From assembly GCA_022729235.1 (NCBI GenBank), contig JALDAJ010000001.1, forward strand, positions 256,001 to 320,000: DNA of 64,000 nucleotides, read 5' to 3'. A program made the position numbers and the translations under genes. Shown here piece by piece: positions 29,670 to 39,724 of this stretch; position 1 is the stretch's first letter, and each line of letters starts with the position of its first letter. Source of the DNA: Candidatus Nanohalarchaeota archaeon. GTDB lineage: Archaea; Nanohalarchaeota; Nanosalinia; Nanosalinales; Nanosalinaceae. The notes under the pieces were generated by a model. The model was not told the origin of the DNA. It searched no databases and saw only the letters and a program-made list of their open reading frames with translations.

Positions 29670-30800
29670 TTAGTCGAGGAAGTTCTTGTTCTCTATCTTC
29701 TCTGGCAGGTAGGTGTTAGCCACGAATTCAAGTGACTGCGAAGCAAGTGCCTGCTGTTCCACTCTTACACCCATGTCAATCATCTTCTGGAACTGGTTCT
29801 GCCATTCCTCGGTCTGCATCCAGTCGTACTCCATGACATCCTGGATTCTCTTGTAGTCCTTCGTCGGACCTCCTGCATCCTTCGGCTTGCCCTTTAGGTT
29901 TTCGGTGACGTTGTGGAGGTCGTACTCTTCTATATCCTCCATTGTCATACCGATGAGCTTGGCTTCCGGCGTCGCTAACCTATCCGACTGGAATGCTAGT
30001 GACATCGAACCGGATTTGAGGACTGAGTAGATGTAGTATCCCCATGGGTCGCCGTCCGTGAAGACGTAGACGGGTAGATCCAGCTCGTTATTCATCATGT
30101 TGATGAGTCTTCTGGCACCTCTTGCAGGCTGTCCTCCTGTCCCTATGATTATAGCGTTGTGGTCCTTGTGGAAGTCCTCTTCAACCAGCCTGTTAACCAT
30201 CGCCGAGGTCTCGACTACGAGGACGAAGTCTGCATTGCATTCTACGAACTCGAAGTGGTCAACGATAGAGTTGATAGCCATTCCGGAGGTTCCCATGTTC
30301 ATTCCATCGATTTCGTCACCGGAGTCATTGATGACTATAGGTCCGAAAAGCCGTCCTTTCGGCTCAGCGAATAGGTGCAGATCTTCCCTGATAGCTCCTG
30401 TCGCAGTCTCTATGTCAACAACAACGTTGTTGGACTCGTCCTGGTCATCGAACGTGTTTTCGTCCAGCCCAGGCACACTGTGCTTGAGCTGGTAGTATAC
30501 CTCTCTGATTGCCGCTGTTCTTCCCTGTTCGACCAACTCCTTGGTCTTTGAGGCAACCATCAGCGTCTGCATGAACTTTCTCGCGTGAGAGATATTCAGG
30601 AATTTCCTTGTTGAGTAGCTGTCTCCAAGCTCTAACCGTCCATCTTCTTCATCGTACTCGACGTTACTCTTGGACCTGACCTTTGTCTCTATCGTAAGGT
30701 TGTCCTCTTCAGGATCGTCAAGCTGTCTCTGGATTTTCTTTCCCAGCCGGGTCAGTTTATCTACCGTCCGTTCATCGTTCTCAAATTCTTTCTTTGGCAT
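29670..30800 (-). CDS. top6A: DNA topoisomerase VI subunit A
   Basis: REVYY, VLVVET, GTGGQP, TDGDPWG, EQQAL. Confidence 0.97.
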   Translation of the reverse strand: MPKKEFENDERTVDKLTRLGKKIQRQLDDPEEDNLTIETKVRSKSNVEYDEEDGRLELGDSYSTRKFLNISHARKFMQTLMVASKTKELVEQGRTAAIREVYYQLKHSVPGLDENTFDDQDESNNVVVDIETATGAIREDLHLFAEPKGRLFGPIVINDSGDEIDGMNMGTSGMAINSIVDHFEFVECNADFVLVVETSAMVNRLVEEDFHKDHNAIIIGTGGQPARGARRLINMMNNELDLPVYVFTDGDPWGYYIYSVLKSGSMSLAFQSDRLATPEAKLIGMTMEDIEEYDLHNVTENLKGKPKDAGGPTKDYKRIQDVMEYDWMQTEEWQNQFQKMIDMGVRVEQQALASQSLEFVANTYLPEKIENKNFLD

Positions 30801-30869
30801 TTCAGATACACCTCGTGTTTCTGAATCCGAGAAGATCTCTGATCTTCGTTGTTCTCATTTTCATCACCT

Positions 30870-32465
30870 CTAGAGCTGTTCGGGGTTGTAGTCCCGTTCA
30901 ACTAGTTTCTGGATTTTGTTCTCCATCTCTTCTTCGTCACCTTCTCCAGCTAACTGGGCGATAGCCGGCGCCATCTCCTTCGCGTAGCTGGTAAGCTTTC
31001 GTTTCTTCTTCTCCTGTATCTTCTGTCTTTCCTTTCTTCCGATGTAGCGCCCGAGTTTTCTACCTGCTTCCTGTAGCGCGAGCCTCATCTCCTTCCTGAT
31101 ATCATCATAGTTCGCTACAGCTTCTTTACCTTCCGAAGTGAAAGGCACCCAGACCGAGGCGATGTGTACCAGAACGTATAGCGGTCCCTGAGGTCTACCT
31201 CCCGACTGGGATATGTTGTACCGGCTCCAGTCCACTTCTTCTATGGCTTTTGTCGTGACACAGGCAGATTTCTTGTATAGTAGAGGAACCTTGTTAGCGT
31301 ACCTGAGCTCGTCGAAGCTTCCTTCCTCTTCTATGTCGCCTCCCCATGCAAGTCCGACCTCTACAACGAACGGGTTGCCCTTGTATACCGTCGGCTTTCT
31401 CGTAATCGCAGTACTGAATTCCGGGTTAAGCTCCTTCTTCAGACCTTTCAGCACCAGGTCTTCACCAATCGGTGATAGGCAGTCCGTCGGCGGCGACTGG
31501 AGTTTTACGCGTTCTGCTGCGTTAAGAATCTGCTCGATCTCATCTTTTTCAAGCGTGTTAGGTCGCCTACCATCATCTACACCTGCCTCATCACATATCT
31601 CCTGCGCGCTCGTACGTCCAACACGGGTGAACTCCTGCTGCAGGAACGAGGATACCGTCCTTGCGCTTGAGCTTTCCACCATCCTCATCACGACACCGAG
31701 TTCGACGCCGTGAAGGTGTGGCTTGATCTCCTTCGGCTTCTCAGGAAGCTCCTTTGATACTCGCGGGTACTCTATCTTGTTCCCGCTCGGCTCCCTGAGC
31801 ACTATACGGGCGTACGGGTTCATGATAGCCGTGTGCTTCAGGTAGTTACGAACAGAGTGGTGTCCCTTCGTGTATTTTGCCTCGATATCCATTTCGATAG
31901 TCGTCCCGTGGTCGAAGTAGTAATCCTTGTCTCCAGGGAACTCGTCACTATCTTCATCGATAACCTCATCCTCAATAATTTCCGGCTCGTTTTCCTCCGT
32001 GTCAATCCGTACAACAAACCTGTGGCACGGTTCACCTTCCTGTTTTGACCATACCGTTACCGGTTCTCCCGTGGTCAGCTGGGCATACATGGCGGACGCA
32101 GAAATCCCGATACCCTGCTGTCCCCTTGACTGCTGGAGCTTGTGGAACTTGGAACCGTACAGGAGTTTACCGAATACCTTCGGAATCGTCTCTCTGTCCA
32201 GCCCGATCGCGTTGTCCCTGATTTCTACCCGGCACTTATCGTCTCCTATCTCATCTATCAGCACGTGGATCTCCGGGAGTATCTCATCCTCTTCACACGC
32301 ATCCAGAGAGTTGTCGACAGCCTCTTTTATTACAGTTATAATCGATTTTTGGGCATTTTCGAACCCTAGAAGGTGCTTGTTTTTCTCGAAGAACTCCGCC
32401 ACCGAAATCTCGCGGTGGTCTGAGCCTTCCTCTATCTCTGCTTGTTGTTCTACTCCGTTTGGCAT
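30870..32465 (-). CDS. top6B: DNA topoisomerase VI subunit B
   Basis: ISVAEFF, KEAVDNSLDA, SRGQQGIGIS, RYANKVPLL; ATG at 32465 follows a GGTGA SD. Confidence 0.98.
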   Translation of the reverse strand: MPNGVEQQAEIEEGSDHREISVAEFFEKNKHLLGFENAQKSIITVIKEAVDNSLDACEEDEILPEIHVLIDEIGDDKCRVEIRDNAIGLDRETIPKVFGKLLYGSKFHKLQQSRGQQGIGISASAMYAQLTTGEPVTVWSKQEGEPCHRFVVRIDTEENEPEIIEDEVIDEDSDEFPGDKDYYFDHGTTIEMDIEAKYTKGHHSVRNYLKHTAIMNPYARIVLREPSGNKIEYPRVSKELPEKPKEIKPHLHGVELGVVMRMVESSSARTVSSFLQQEFTRVGRTSAQEICDEAGVDDGRRPNTLEKDEIEQILNAAERVKLQSPPTDCLSPIGEDLVLKGLKKELNPEFSTAITRKPTVYKGNPFVVEVGLAWGGDIEEEGSFDELRYANKVPLLYKKSACVTTKAIEEVDWSRYNISQSGGRPQGPLYVLVHIASVWVPFTSEGKEAVANYDDIRKEMRLALQEAGRKLGRYIGRKERQKIQEKKKRKLTSYAKEMAPAIAQLAGEGDEEEMENKIQKLVERDYNPEQL

Positions 32466-32600
32466 TTCAAAAATCACCTAAGGGATTTTTTGCAAGGCCG
32501 AAACCCTGCGGATTTCTAGTCTGTAGAAGACCTTTTTGGTCTTCGAGTCCCGAAATTCCTTGAATTTCTGTCATAGTATCAGTTTTCGTAAGTTCAGTTT

Positions 32601-33107
32601 TCAATGTTTGATTTTGTCCTGGTTTTTCTCTATGTATCCGTAAGCCGTGGAATGCGAACTACCCTGTAGCAGCATCCTTATAGCCTCCATCGCAACTTCG
32701 ATGTTCCCTGGATCGCCTATCAGTCCTATCGTGGAGCCGTAAATCGATATATCGATATTAGCCTGTTTTTCGAGGTGTCGCCTTGTTTCCCCATCTCTCC
32801 CGATTACTCTACCTTTCAGTCGTTCACGGGAGTTGGAGGTTTCAGCATAGTCATTCACATCTATTATCTTCAGAGCCTTATCTTTCTCAGTCGCTAGCCT
32901 GAACGCCTTTTCGGGATTAAACCCTCTTCCGACAGCCCTGACTATATTAGCCGCACTCATCTCTTCTAATGGTTCACCATCGATCCTGGCTGTATTATCA
33001 TCTATCTCAAGTTCACATCCTGTCACGTCCTCAAAATCTCTCCTGGTCTCTCCTCCTTCTCCTATTAGAACGCCGACGCGATCTTCAGGTATTTTTACCT
33101 CTTTCAC
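32601..33107 (-). CDS. KH-domain rRNA processing protein (Dim2/Pno1)
   Basis: RVGVLIGEGG, AVGRGF, GRVIGRDG. Confidence 0.93.
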   Translation of the reverse strand: MKEVKIPEDRVGVLIGEGGETRRDFEDVTGCELEIDDNTARIDGEPLEEMSAANIVRAVGRGFNPEKAFRLATEKDKALKIIDVNDYAETSNSRERLKGRVIGRDGETRRHLEKQANIDISIYGSTIGLIGDPGNIEVAMEAIRMLLQGSSHSTAYGYIEKNQDKIKH

Positions 33108-33160
33108 CCTAATCCCTGTAAAGGGTAACTTTACAAACCTTTAAATACCTTAAATCCGAG

Positions 33161-33937
33161 TTACAGCGCTTCTTCGCCAGAAAAAATACGTTCAAAGGCT
33201 TTCTGAGGATCGGTTTCAGAACCCTGCTTTTCGAAGAAATCAGCCACCTGCTCGATGTCACGCCGCAGCAGCTCCTGTGCCCGCGGATGAGTCTTGTGAA
33301 TGCCCTGGGAGAAGTCAATCAACACCAGTTCATCCTCTTCAACCAGGATGTTATACTCGGATAGGTCGCCATGGACAAGCTCCTCTTGCCTCCATAACCG
33401 TTCGATACCATCAATAACACGCTCATAACCGAACTCCGGGTTCTCTATCTCGACGTCTTTCAGCTTGGGATACGGTCGGAAATCCTCTCCTATAAACTCC
33501 ATGACCAGTATGTTGTCCTCCGTATCGATAGGTTCAGGGCATCTGACAACGTTTCTCGCTTTCTGCAGGTTCCTGTACTCCTTCCGGCACCATTCAGTTA
33601 TAATCGACCAGCGGTCGTCTTTGACATTTCTGAAACGTTTATCACCCTGCAAGTACTGCTTCATCTCCCGGAAATTCCCTGCCCGGGTCATGTAGATTTT
33701 TACCAGCACACGTTCTCCATCTGGTGTGTCCGCAAGAAAAACAACTGATTCCTTACCCGACTCGATAGTACCGTACAACCTCTCCAGCACCTTCCTGTCC
33801 GCGAGTTTCAGTAATGCGCGCTGTGTCCTGTGGTCGAAAACGTTCTCAAAGGCTTTCTTCGCCTCGGAGGTATCAAACATGCGACGGGATTCTTCACGCC
33901 AGCGCTCCCGGAAATCAAAGTCTTCCTCATCCATCAT
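33161..33937 (-). CDS. rio1: RIO1 serine/threonine kinase
   Basis: SGKESVV, VKIY, LVHGDLSEYN, IDFSQ. Confidence 0.96.
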   Translation of the reverse strand: MMDEEDFDFRERWREESRRMFDTSEAKKAFENVFDHRTQRALLKLADRKVLERLYGTIESGKESVVFLADTPDGERVLVKIYMTRAGNFREMKQYLQGDKRFRNVKDDRWSIITEWCRKEYRNLQKARNVVRCPEPIDTEDNILVMEFIGEDFRPYPKLKDVEIENPEFGYERVIDGIERLWRQEELVHGDLSEYNILVEEDELVLIDFSQGIHKTHPRAQELLRRDIEQVADFFEKQGSETDPQKAFERIFSGEEAL

Positions 33938-34218
33938 TCAAGCTTTTCCCGGGCAATCCTCAAAACGTTAACCTGGTATCCTAGAGAGGTAGCGATGGCG
34001 ACTGCTCCAGATACAGCAACATACGGCAGATGCGTCGCAGCTCTTACCCAGTACTCCGTGAATGACAGGCATACCTCTGCGACAGGTCCGTCCTGGAAGT
34101 CTCCAAGCGACCCGCAGAACTCAGTTATCATGAAATCATTGTTGAAAAGTGTTATCAGGGTAACAACAGCTGCATAAGCCACAACTCCGATAAGCGTTGC
34201 CTTCCAGCTACGTTCCAT
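33934..34218 (-). CDS. Small membrane protein
   Basis: Two TM segments; overlaps the rio1 start (ATGA). Confidence 0.65.
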   Translation of the reverse strand: MERSWKATLIGVVAYAAVVTLITLFNNDFMITEFCGSLGDFQDGPVAEVCLSFTEYWVRAATHLPYVAVSGAVAIATSLGYQVNVLRIAREKLE

Positions 34219-34260
34219 ACGTACTATTTCTGCATCCTCCTATAAAAAGTACCCGAAAAG

Positions 34261-34569
34261 TTACAGGAACTCCGAGATTTCGCCGAGGTAGTCATTATCT
34301 TCCAGCCACTCCGTCTCCGCCTGCGAGTAGCTGTAGACGATATCTCCTTTCTCGTCGCCCTGTATATCCCACGGATTTACGAGAACTACGGAGTCTCTCT
34401 TCACCCAGATGCTTCGCTTCTTTGCACCTGGAATCCTGCAGATACGTTTATTCCCGTCAGTGCAGTAGACACGGTACTTTCCACCGCCTTCTTTCCTGAG
34501 CACGATCCCCAGTACTTCATCTCCTGATGGCTCACGTACTCTTCCGATACTTTCCTCTTCTTCACTCAT
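34261..34569 (-). CDS. eif1a: Translation initiation factor aIF-1A
   Basis: CTDG..RICRIPG..KRSIWV...PWD...KGDI. Confidence 0.96.
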   Translation of the reverse strand: MSEEEESIGRVREPSGDEVLGIVLRKEGGGKYRVYCTDGNKRICRIPGAKKRSIWVKRDSVVLVNPWDIQGDEKGDIVYSYSQAETEWLEDNDYLGEISEFL

Positions 34570-34619
34570 ATTTCCTCTTTGGGCTCCCTATATTTTTAAA
34601 CTCGGTATTCCTGAGCAAA

Positions 34620-35168
34620 CTATTCACCGACCCGGATGATAACCGGCGAACATCTCAGCCGTTCTCTCAGGCTCCGGACAGAGTCCTGAAGCCTTTCTTC
34701 CGGCATCTGCATCTCTTTTCCAGTCCACGAATCGTTGACAGTAAACCCTTCCGAAGCCGTGTAGTCGGAAAGTAAGACCCAGTGAGCGAAATGAGTGTAC
34801 ATATCTAGGTGCCACTTGTCAAGCAAGACTATAGCCACGTCGTTTCTAGCTGCCTCCCGGTAATCCTCCAGGTGAAGAGGTTTATGTACAGGATTCAGTT
34901 GCTCCTCCAGCTCCTCTGATAATTCGTGATACCTACGCTCTAGATAGGGTGATTCCACAAACACCTCTGCAGTGTAGTCTTTCTTGAGTTTGCTGATAAG
35001 GTACGGTTCGTAGCACTCTCTGTCAAACCTGAACGATTCATTCATGAGTCGGAACTCTTTCTCTTTATCCCACTCATAACTTTTTTCGTAGTGTGAGCGC
35101 GCCATCGCGTAACAGTTGATGAAGCAGCTGAAAGGAGCCGACTGCCTGAACGTTAAAACACCAGACAT
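34620..35168 (-). CDS. Peptidase C39-like (papain-fold) protein
   Basis: QSAPFSC ... HWVLL ... VNDSW gives a putative Cys-His-Asp triad. Confidence 0.7.
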   Translation of the reverse strand: MSGVLTFRQSAPFSCFINCYAMARSHYEKSYEWDKEKEFRLMNESFRFDRECYEPYLISKLKKDYTAEVFVESPYLERRYHELSEELEEQLNPVHKPLHLEDYREAARNDVAIVLLDKWHLDMYTHFAHWVLLSDYTASEGFTVNDSWTGKEMQMPEERLQDSVRSLRERLRCSPVIIRVGE

Positions 35169-35253
35169 AGTTTAAGAGAAGGTCTGAAAGCTTAAAAAGC
35201 TTGCTAAATTAATAATATCTAAAATAAGATAATTTAAACAACTTTCAGAATAT

Positions 35254-35931
35254 TTAATTCATCCTAACAGACACTACGTTCCTGTAGACCTCCTGCCCGT
35301 CTTCCTCACCTATAAGTTCATAGGAGCGCTTGATTTCCGGGTCGTACCGGTCTCTTAGAATGGACAGGATTTTCTTCGCCATCCTCTCCGTTGATATGTA
35401 GAAGTTATAGCCGTGGTCGGTGTCCTCCATGTTGGAGAGGAAGTCTTTCCGGCTCTCGTTTGTCATCTCCGCCGCCCTGTCGACTATCGTATCCCTTACA
35501 TGTTCGAGTTCATCACCTCTTAACTGTATCTTGACCTTGTAGAACCCGCCCGTGAACTTGGAGCAGTCGGGGCACTGATTGTTCTCGAACCTGACTTCGG
35601 TGTCGTAGTAGGCATTCATCTCGTCTTTCGAGGCATGTACCCGGGCGAACATGTCGTCGTCTTCCTCCCAGAACTGTATCTCCATCTCCACATCTGGTTC
35701 TGAGAACTCTTCGAACCTCGCGCCGAGCTGGTCCTGGACAGTGTATTCCTCTATCCATTCACCAGACTTCCTCATACGTCCGCAGACAGGACAGACTACT
35801 ATCTCCACTTTATCCGGTATATCAAGTAGTGCGTGTTTCTCAGGGTAACAGCGGGCGCATAGCTTCTTCTTGTCGCCGTAGAGTTCCTCGACCTCGCGGC
35901 CGCACCGGGGACAGAATTTTGTCAAGTTCAT
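35254..35931 (-). CDS. NMD3-family ribosome biogenesis protein
   Basis: FCPRCG, CARC, CPVCG, CPDC...GFYKVKIQLRG. Confidence 0.92.
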   Translation of the reverse strand: MNLTKFCPRCGREVEELYGDKKKLCARCYPEKHALLDIPDKVEIVVCPVCGRMRKSGEWIEEYTVQDQLGARFEEFSEPDVEMEIQFWEEDDDMFARVHASKDEMNAYYDTEVRFENNQCPDCSKFTGGFYKVKIQLRGDELEHVRDTIVDRAAEMTNESRKDFLSNMEDTDHGYNFYISTERMAKKILSILRDRYDPEIKRSYELIGEEDGQEVYRNVVSVRMN

Positions 35932-35955
35932 GGTCTGGTTTTGGCTTTCAAAGCT

Positions 35956-36282
35956 TTAAATCTCGAATTCCAGTCGGTCACCTTCCTCTAACTCGAGAGG
36001 TTCTGTCGATTCTAAGAGATATCTCGCTGGTTCTCCCGGTCTATAGAATCTCCAGGGCTTTGCCTCTTGGATATCAACCACTTTTTTCTCGCTGTCAAGG
36101 AACACGAGCTGTAGAGGTACGGGCACGAACATCATGTCGATTACCGGTTTTCTTTCGTAGAAGCTGAAAAGCATCTTTCCCTCACTCCTGAATCTCATCC
36201 CTCGTGCCTTTGAAACAGGGTCATCCGCCAGCTCTGCTTCTATAATACGGTGGCCGAGGTCGATTTCAATGACCTGAGACAT
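35956..36282 (-). CDS. DUF192 family protein
   Basis: ARGMRF...MLF...MMFV..PL..VFLD...ARYLLE. Confidence 0.88.
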   Translation of the reverse strand: MSQVIEIDLGHRIIEAELADDPVSKARGMRFRSEGKMLFSFYERKPVIDMMFVPVPLQLVFLDSEKKVVDIQEAKPWRFYRPGEPARYLLESTEPLELEEGDRLEFEI

Positions 36283-36321
36283 ATGTTGCTACTTGATTTC
36301 ACATGCCTTTATCTTAATCGA

Positions 36322-36663
36322 CTAAAGATCCTCCATATCCTCGAAGTGGAGAAAATGTTTAACCGCGTTAGGATAGTTCTTTTCCAGTCTCTCGACAAGC
36401 TCCGGATAAACTTCCTCAAATAACTCTAACTCTAGATAATCTCCCTCAATCGACATCTCATATCTCCGGGTCCCTCCTACTTCAGACCGTCCCTGAAGAT
36501 ACATATCCAGCCTCCATAAACCGTCTTCCTCTGGCTGGTTCGGAGTCAGCACTATCCGTGTCCTATCCTTATCTAAGCCAAACTCATGGAACCTTTCTAC
36601 ATCACCAACATATTTTTCGATAAACTCTTCATAATCCATACTCAGTTTTAGAGGTTGAGCCAA
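36322..36663 (-). CDS. Hypothetical protein
   Basis: 113 aa acidic ORF, start uncertain. Confidence 0.6.
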   Translation of the reverse strand: MAQPLKLSMDYEEFIEKYVGDVERFHEFGLDKDRTRIVLTPNQPEEDGLWRLDMYLQGRSEVGGTRRYEMSIEGDYLELELFEEVYPELVERLEKNYPNAVKHFLHFEDMEDL

Positions 36664-36688
36664 GGATTAAAACCAAAACTATAGAGTA

Positions 36689-37429
36689 TCACAACTTACC
36701 GGTAAAACCGCGTCCAAACCCCGAAACCTTTCTGACCGTGTAAGCACCCTTCCTGGCAGTACCTTTCAGATAATGGTAAGCGCTCTTGTAAACAGGCACC
36801 CTCCGACCCTGTATATCCGTCCGGCCGTCTCTTATAGCCTTGACGACATCCGCAGAATCTATCTCGTCCAGAGAGCCCTTTTCCTCGAAAACTATCTCTG
36901 TATAGGCTCTCCCGACCGTAGCCACAGAGTGAGAATCGCTCGCCGCCACACCAGGAATCTCTCTCTTCCTCGCAAATTTTTTGGCTCTCCTGTTCCTGTA
37001 ACCCGTGAATAGCCAAGAATTATAGATCTCCAGAGCGTCCGGCCAGGGTTTGTTTATCCTCCTCTTCTTCACACCGTGTCTCGTTCTCTGGAACGGATGC
37101 GGTATAACCGCCGCACCTCCAAGCTCTCTTACCCGCTCTATAGTCTCCTTTAACGGCTTCTTTTTCTCCGGCTTCTTCTCTACACCGAGCGCTAGCAGGT
37201 GTCCTGCCTTCGTCGAAACCTCGACACCAGGAACCCCTATAAGACCGTAATCTTCCGCCATATCTGCCGCTTCCAAGGACTTCTCTATCTCATCGTGGTC
37301 AGTAATAGCGACCGCGTCAAGCCCGATATCCGCGGCGTGTTCAAGTATCAGGTCGACAGGCTCCTTTCCATCATAAGATCCTTCAGAATGCACGTGCGGG
37401 TCGATGCTGACTCTTACTTCTTCCGGCAT
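36689..37429 (-). CDS. PHP-domain metal-dependent phosphoesterase
   Basis: DPHVHS..SYDG, AITDHD, GVEVS...GH, PHPF, SDSH. Confidence 0.93.
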   Translation of the reverse strand: MPEEVRVSIDPHVHSEGSYDGKEPVDLILEHAADIGLDAVAITDHDEIEKSLEAADMAEDYGLIGVPGVEVSTKAGHLLALGVEKKPEKKKPLKETIERVRELGGAAVIPHPFQRTRHGVKKRRINKPWPDALEIYNSWLFTGYRNRRAKKFARKREIPGVAASDSHSVATVGRAYTEIVFEEKGSLDEIDSADVVKAIRDGRTDIQGRRVPVYKSAYHYLKGTARKGAYTVRKVSGFGRGFTGKL

Positions 37430-37489
37430 ACAAAACCTTTTTGCATACTCCACCTTCAAAAAAGCGTTTACGGAATACTGGTATACCAG

Positions 37490-37966
37490 ATGCGGAGGCT
37501 GAAGAGTTACAGGGAAAAAGTCAGAGAGGAACTAAACAGGGCGCTCAGAGAGGACCACACTCCCAGAGAGACCGCCCTCAGCGCCGCGCTAGGAGCCTTT
37601 GTAACCACGCTACCCACCCTTGGTCTAGGCGTCCTCTTCTTTCTGGTTCTCGCAAAGATATTCGACAGCATCAACAAGCTGGCGCTATTCGCCTGCGTTG
37701 TGGTTTTCAACCCTGCGATGAAATACCCTATCTACATACTGAGCTACAAGGTCGGCGGGTTCCTCGTACATTCATCACCTCCGGAAGAGACCATCGAAGT
37801 GGCGATGACTACAAAGGCAGCAGAAGCCACCCAGACCATGCTGATCGGAAACCTCTTCCTCGCCTTCGTATTCTCGATATCCGCCTATTTCCTGGTCCTG
37901 AAAGCCGCGAGAACCTACGAAGAGAAAGACCTCCATCTAAGAGAAGAACTAGTAGAGAAGATGTAG
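37490..37966 (+). CDS. DUF2062-family membrane protein
   Basis: TPRETALSAALG.F...P..G...NP...PIY...Y.VG; ATG at 37490. Confidence 0.82.
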   Translation: MRRLKSYREKVREELNRALREDHTPRETALSAALGAFVTTLPTLGLGVLFFLVLAKIFDSINKLALFACVVVFNPAMKYPIYILSYKVGGFLVHSSPPEETIEVAMTTKAAEATQTMLIGNLFLAFVFSISAYFLVLKAARTYEEKDLHLREELVEKM

Positions 37967-37967
37967 A

Positions 37968-38450
37968 CTATTCATCCTCATCCGGATGCCTGTAGAACTT
38001 CACCGCCTCCTCGAACCTTTCCGTTCGAGTCACTTTACTCAAAAATTTCGCGAATCTTTCATGTCTGGGCACAACCACACTGAAAGCCGCAAACAGGCGG
38101 GCAAATCTACCGCCACGTGCGATAAGGTGAAGTATCTCCTGCGCCAGCTCACCGATTCTGATAGCGCCCTCAAGTAGCCGGAAAATCCAGAAGAACGGCA
38201 TAACCGCTATTATCTCAAGCCACTCTCTCCTGAGGAAGCCTCCCCAGCTCGCCGCGCGCCTGAACTTGAAAGACAGGTCACCAACGAAGATAGAAAGCAC
38301 AACCAGGTCGGCATAGAGGAAATAACGCTCGTACTCATACTTGAAACCAGTGAAGAATATATCCGCGATAACGATAACTAGCAACACCAAAAGAGCGGGT
38401 ACAATCATCTTGTCGAAAAACCATTCAAGCCTCGCCCAGAAACGCCTCAT
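37968..38450 (-). CDS. Ion-transport-like membrane protein (voltage-sensor-like S1-S4 only)
   Basis: D......F..D...F, WLEIIAVMPF, Arg-rich helix; no pore motif seen. Confidence 0.6.
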   Translation of the reverse strand: MRRFWARLEWFFDKMIVPALLVLLVIVIADIFFTGFKYEYERYFLYADLVVLSIFVGDLSFKFRRAASWGGFLRREWLEIIAVMPFFWIFRLLEGAIRIGELAQEILHLIARGGRFARLFAAFSVVVPRHERFAKFLSKVTRTERFEEAVKFYRHPDEDE

Positions 38451-38561
38451 CTATAACCAGAATTATTGGATAGTCAATTTAAATTAATGCTCTCGGCGTG
38501 ACGGGTTGGCAACAGAGACAGGAGCAGATTTATACCCGTTAACACCACTGATAATGATGAA

Positions 38562-39203
38562 ATGATTGTAGTAGGGGTAGGAGGTGGCTCGGGAAGCGGG
38601 AAGACCTACATGTGCTCCCGGATAGAGGAGAAACTACCCGAGAAAACACTTATCTTCTCCATGGACCGGTACTACCGGCCGTTCAAGGACAAGGACGAGT
38701 TCGAGAGGAAACAGGTCAACTTCGACCTCCCAAAAGCGTTGGACTGGGAGCTGATGAAAGAACACCTCGGGAAACTGCAGGAACAGGAGAAAGTGATGAT
38801 GCCGGAGTACTCGTTCGAGAAGAACACCCGCGTAGGACACACCGAGGTCGAACCTCAGGAGATTGTTCTTGTAGAGGGGATACACGCCCTGCACGATGAA
38901 GAACTCAACCAGTTGATGGACCTGAAAGTCTTCCTCGACCCCGACCCGGACGTGAGAGCCGTGAGGAGGATGAAGCGCGACATCGCTGAAAGGAACCGCA
39001 ACCCGGAGTTCGCCGCCCGGCAGTACCTGGAGAAGACGAAACAGGCGCACCACGAACACGTCGAACCCACCAAACAGCGGGCAGACCTCGTACTCGACAC
39101 AGACCAGGCCAACCGGTTCATAGAAGCCGTCACACAAAAACTCCGGGAAGACGAAGCCTCGGACGCGGAAGACCTACACCGGTTCGCGAAAGAGAAAGTG
39201 TAG
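38562..39203 (+). CDS. udk: Uridine kinase
   Basis: GGSGSGKT, DRYY, NFDLP.A.D, VEGI, RDIAER, VEPTK..AD. Confidence 0.93.
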   Translation: MIVVGVGGGSGSGKTYMCSRIEEKLPEKTLIFSMDRYYRPFKDKDEFERKQVNFDLPKALDWELMKEHLGKLQEQEKVMMPEYSFEKNTRVGHTEVEPQEIVLVEGIHALHDEELNQLMDLKVFLDPDPDVRAVRRMKRDIAERNRNPEFAARQYLEKTKQAHHEHVEPTKQRADLVLDTDQANRFIEAVTQKLREDEASDAEDLHRFAKEKV

Positions 39204-39253
39204 CACTCAAGTTAAATCCTGTGCAAGCGAATTATTTCCTACAACGTTAACGA

Positions 39254-39724
39254 TTAAGTTCTCCGGTTGTTACGCAGTTGCTGTTGCTGAGACATATTCC
39301 TATCCTTCCCTGAACTATCCCTGTATCCACCGGCCATGAGTACAGCGCCTGCTGACATCAGTACGAATCCCAGTCCGCCGACAAGCAGAGCTCCGCTCAT
39401 ATCACCTTCTATAATACCTATAGGCATCAGAATACCGAAGAACAACCATCCGACCTTGACAGGTACTATACCGGACATCACCTGGAGCGCGTTTAGAGCA
39501 GATCCGGTCTCAGCCTTCACTCTCTGGTAACTCCTGTAGGTCTGCCTGTAGTTCAGGATAGAGCTAAGCACATCCCTGCTCCAGAAAACAAGAGCTGCAA
39601 AAGCACCTAGATAGACCAACCAGTACAGCGACTCCAGCCTGAGAACCGCTATAGGCAACGGCAAGAGAGCCAAAACATTCGGGCCATACCTTTTCAGATC
39701 CCTTCTAAAATCCGTCTTACCCAT
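39254..39724 (-). CDS. Membrane protein of unknown function
   Basis: Four hydrophobic segments. Confidence 0.7.
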   Translation of the reverse strand: MGKTDFRRDLKRYGPNVLALLPLPIAVLRLESLYWLVYLGAFAALVFWSRDVLSSILNYRQTYRSYQRVKAETGSALNALQVMSGIVPVKVGWLFFGILMPIGIIEGDMSGALLVGGLGFVLMSAGAVLMAGGYRDSSGKDRNMSQQQQLRNNRRT

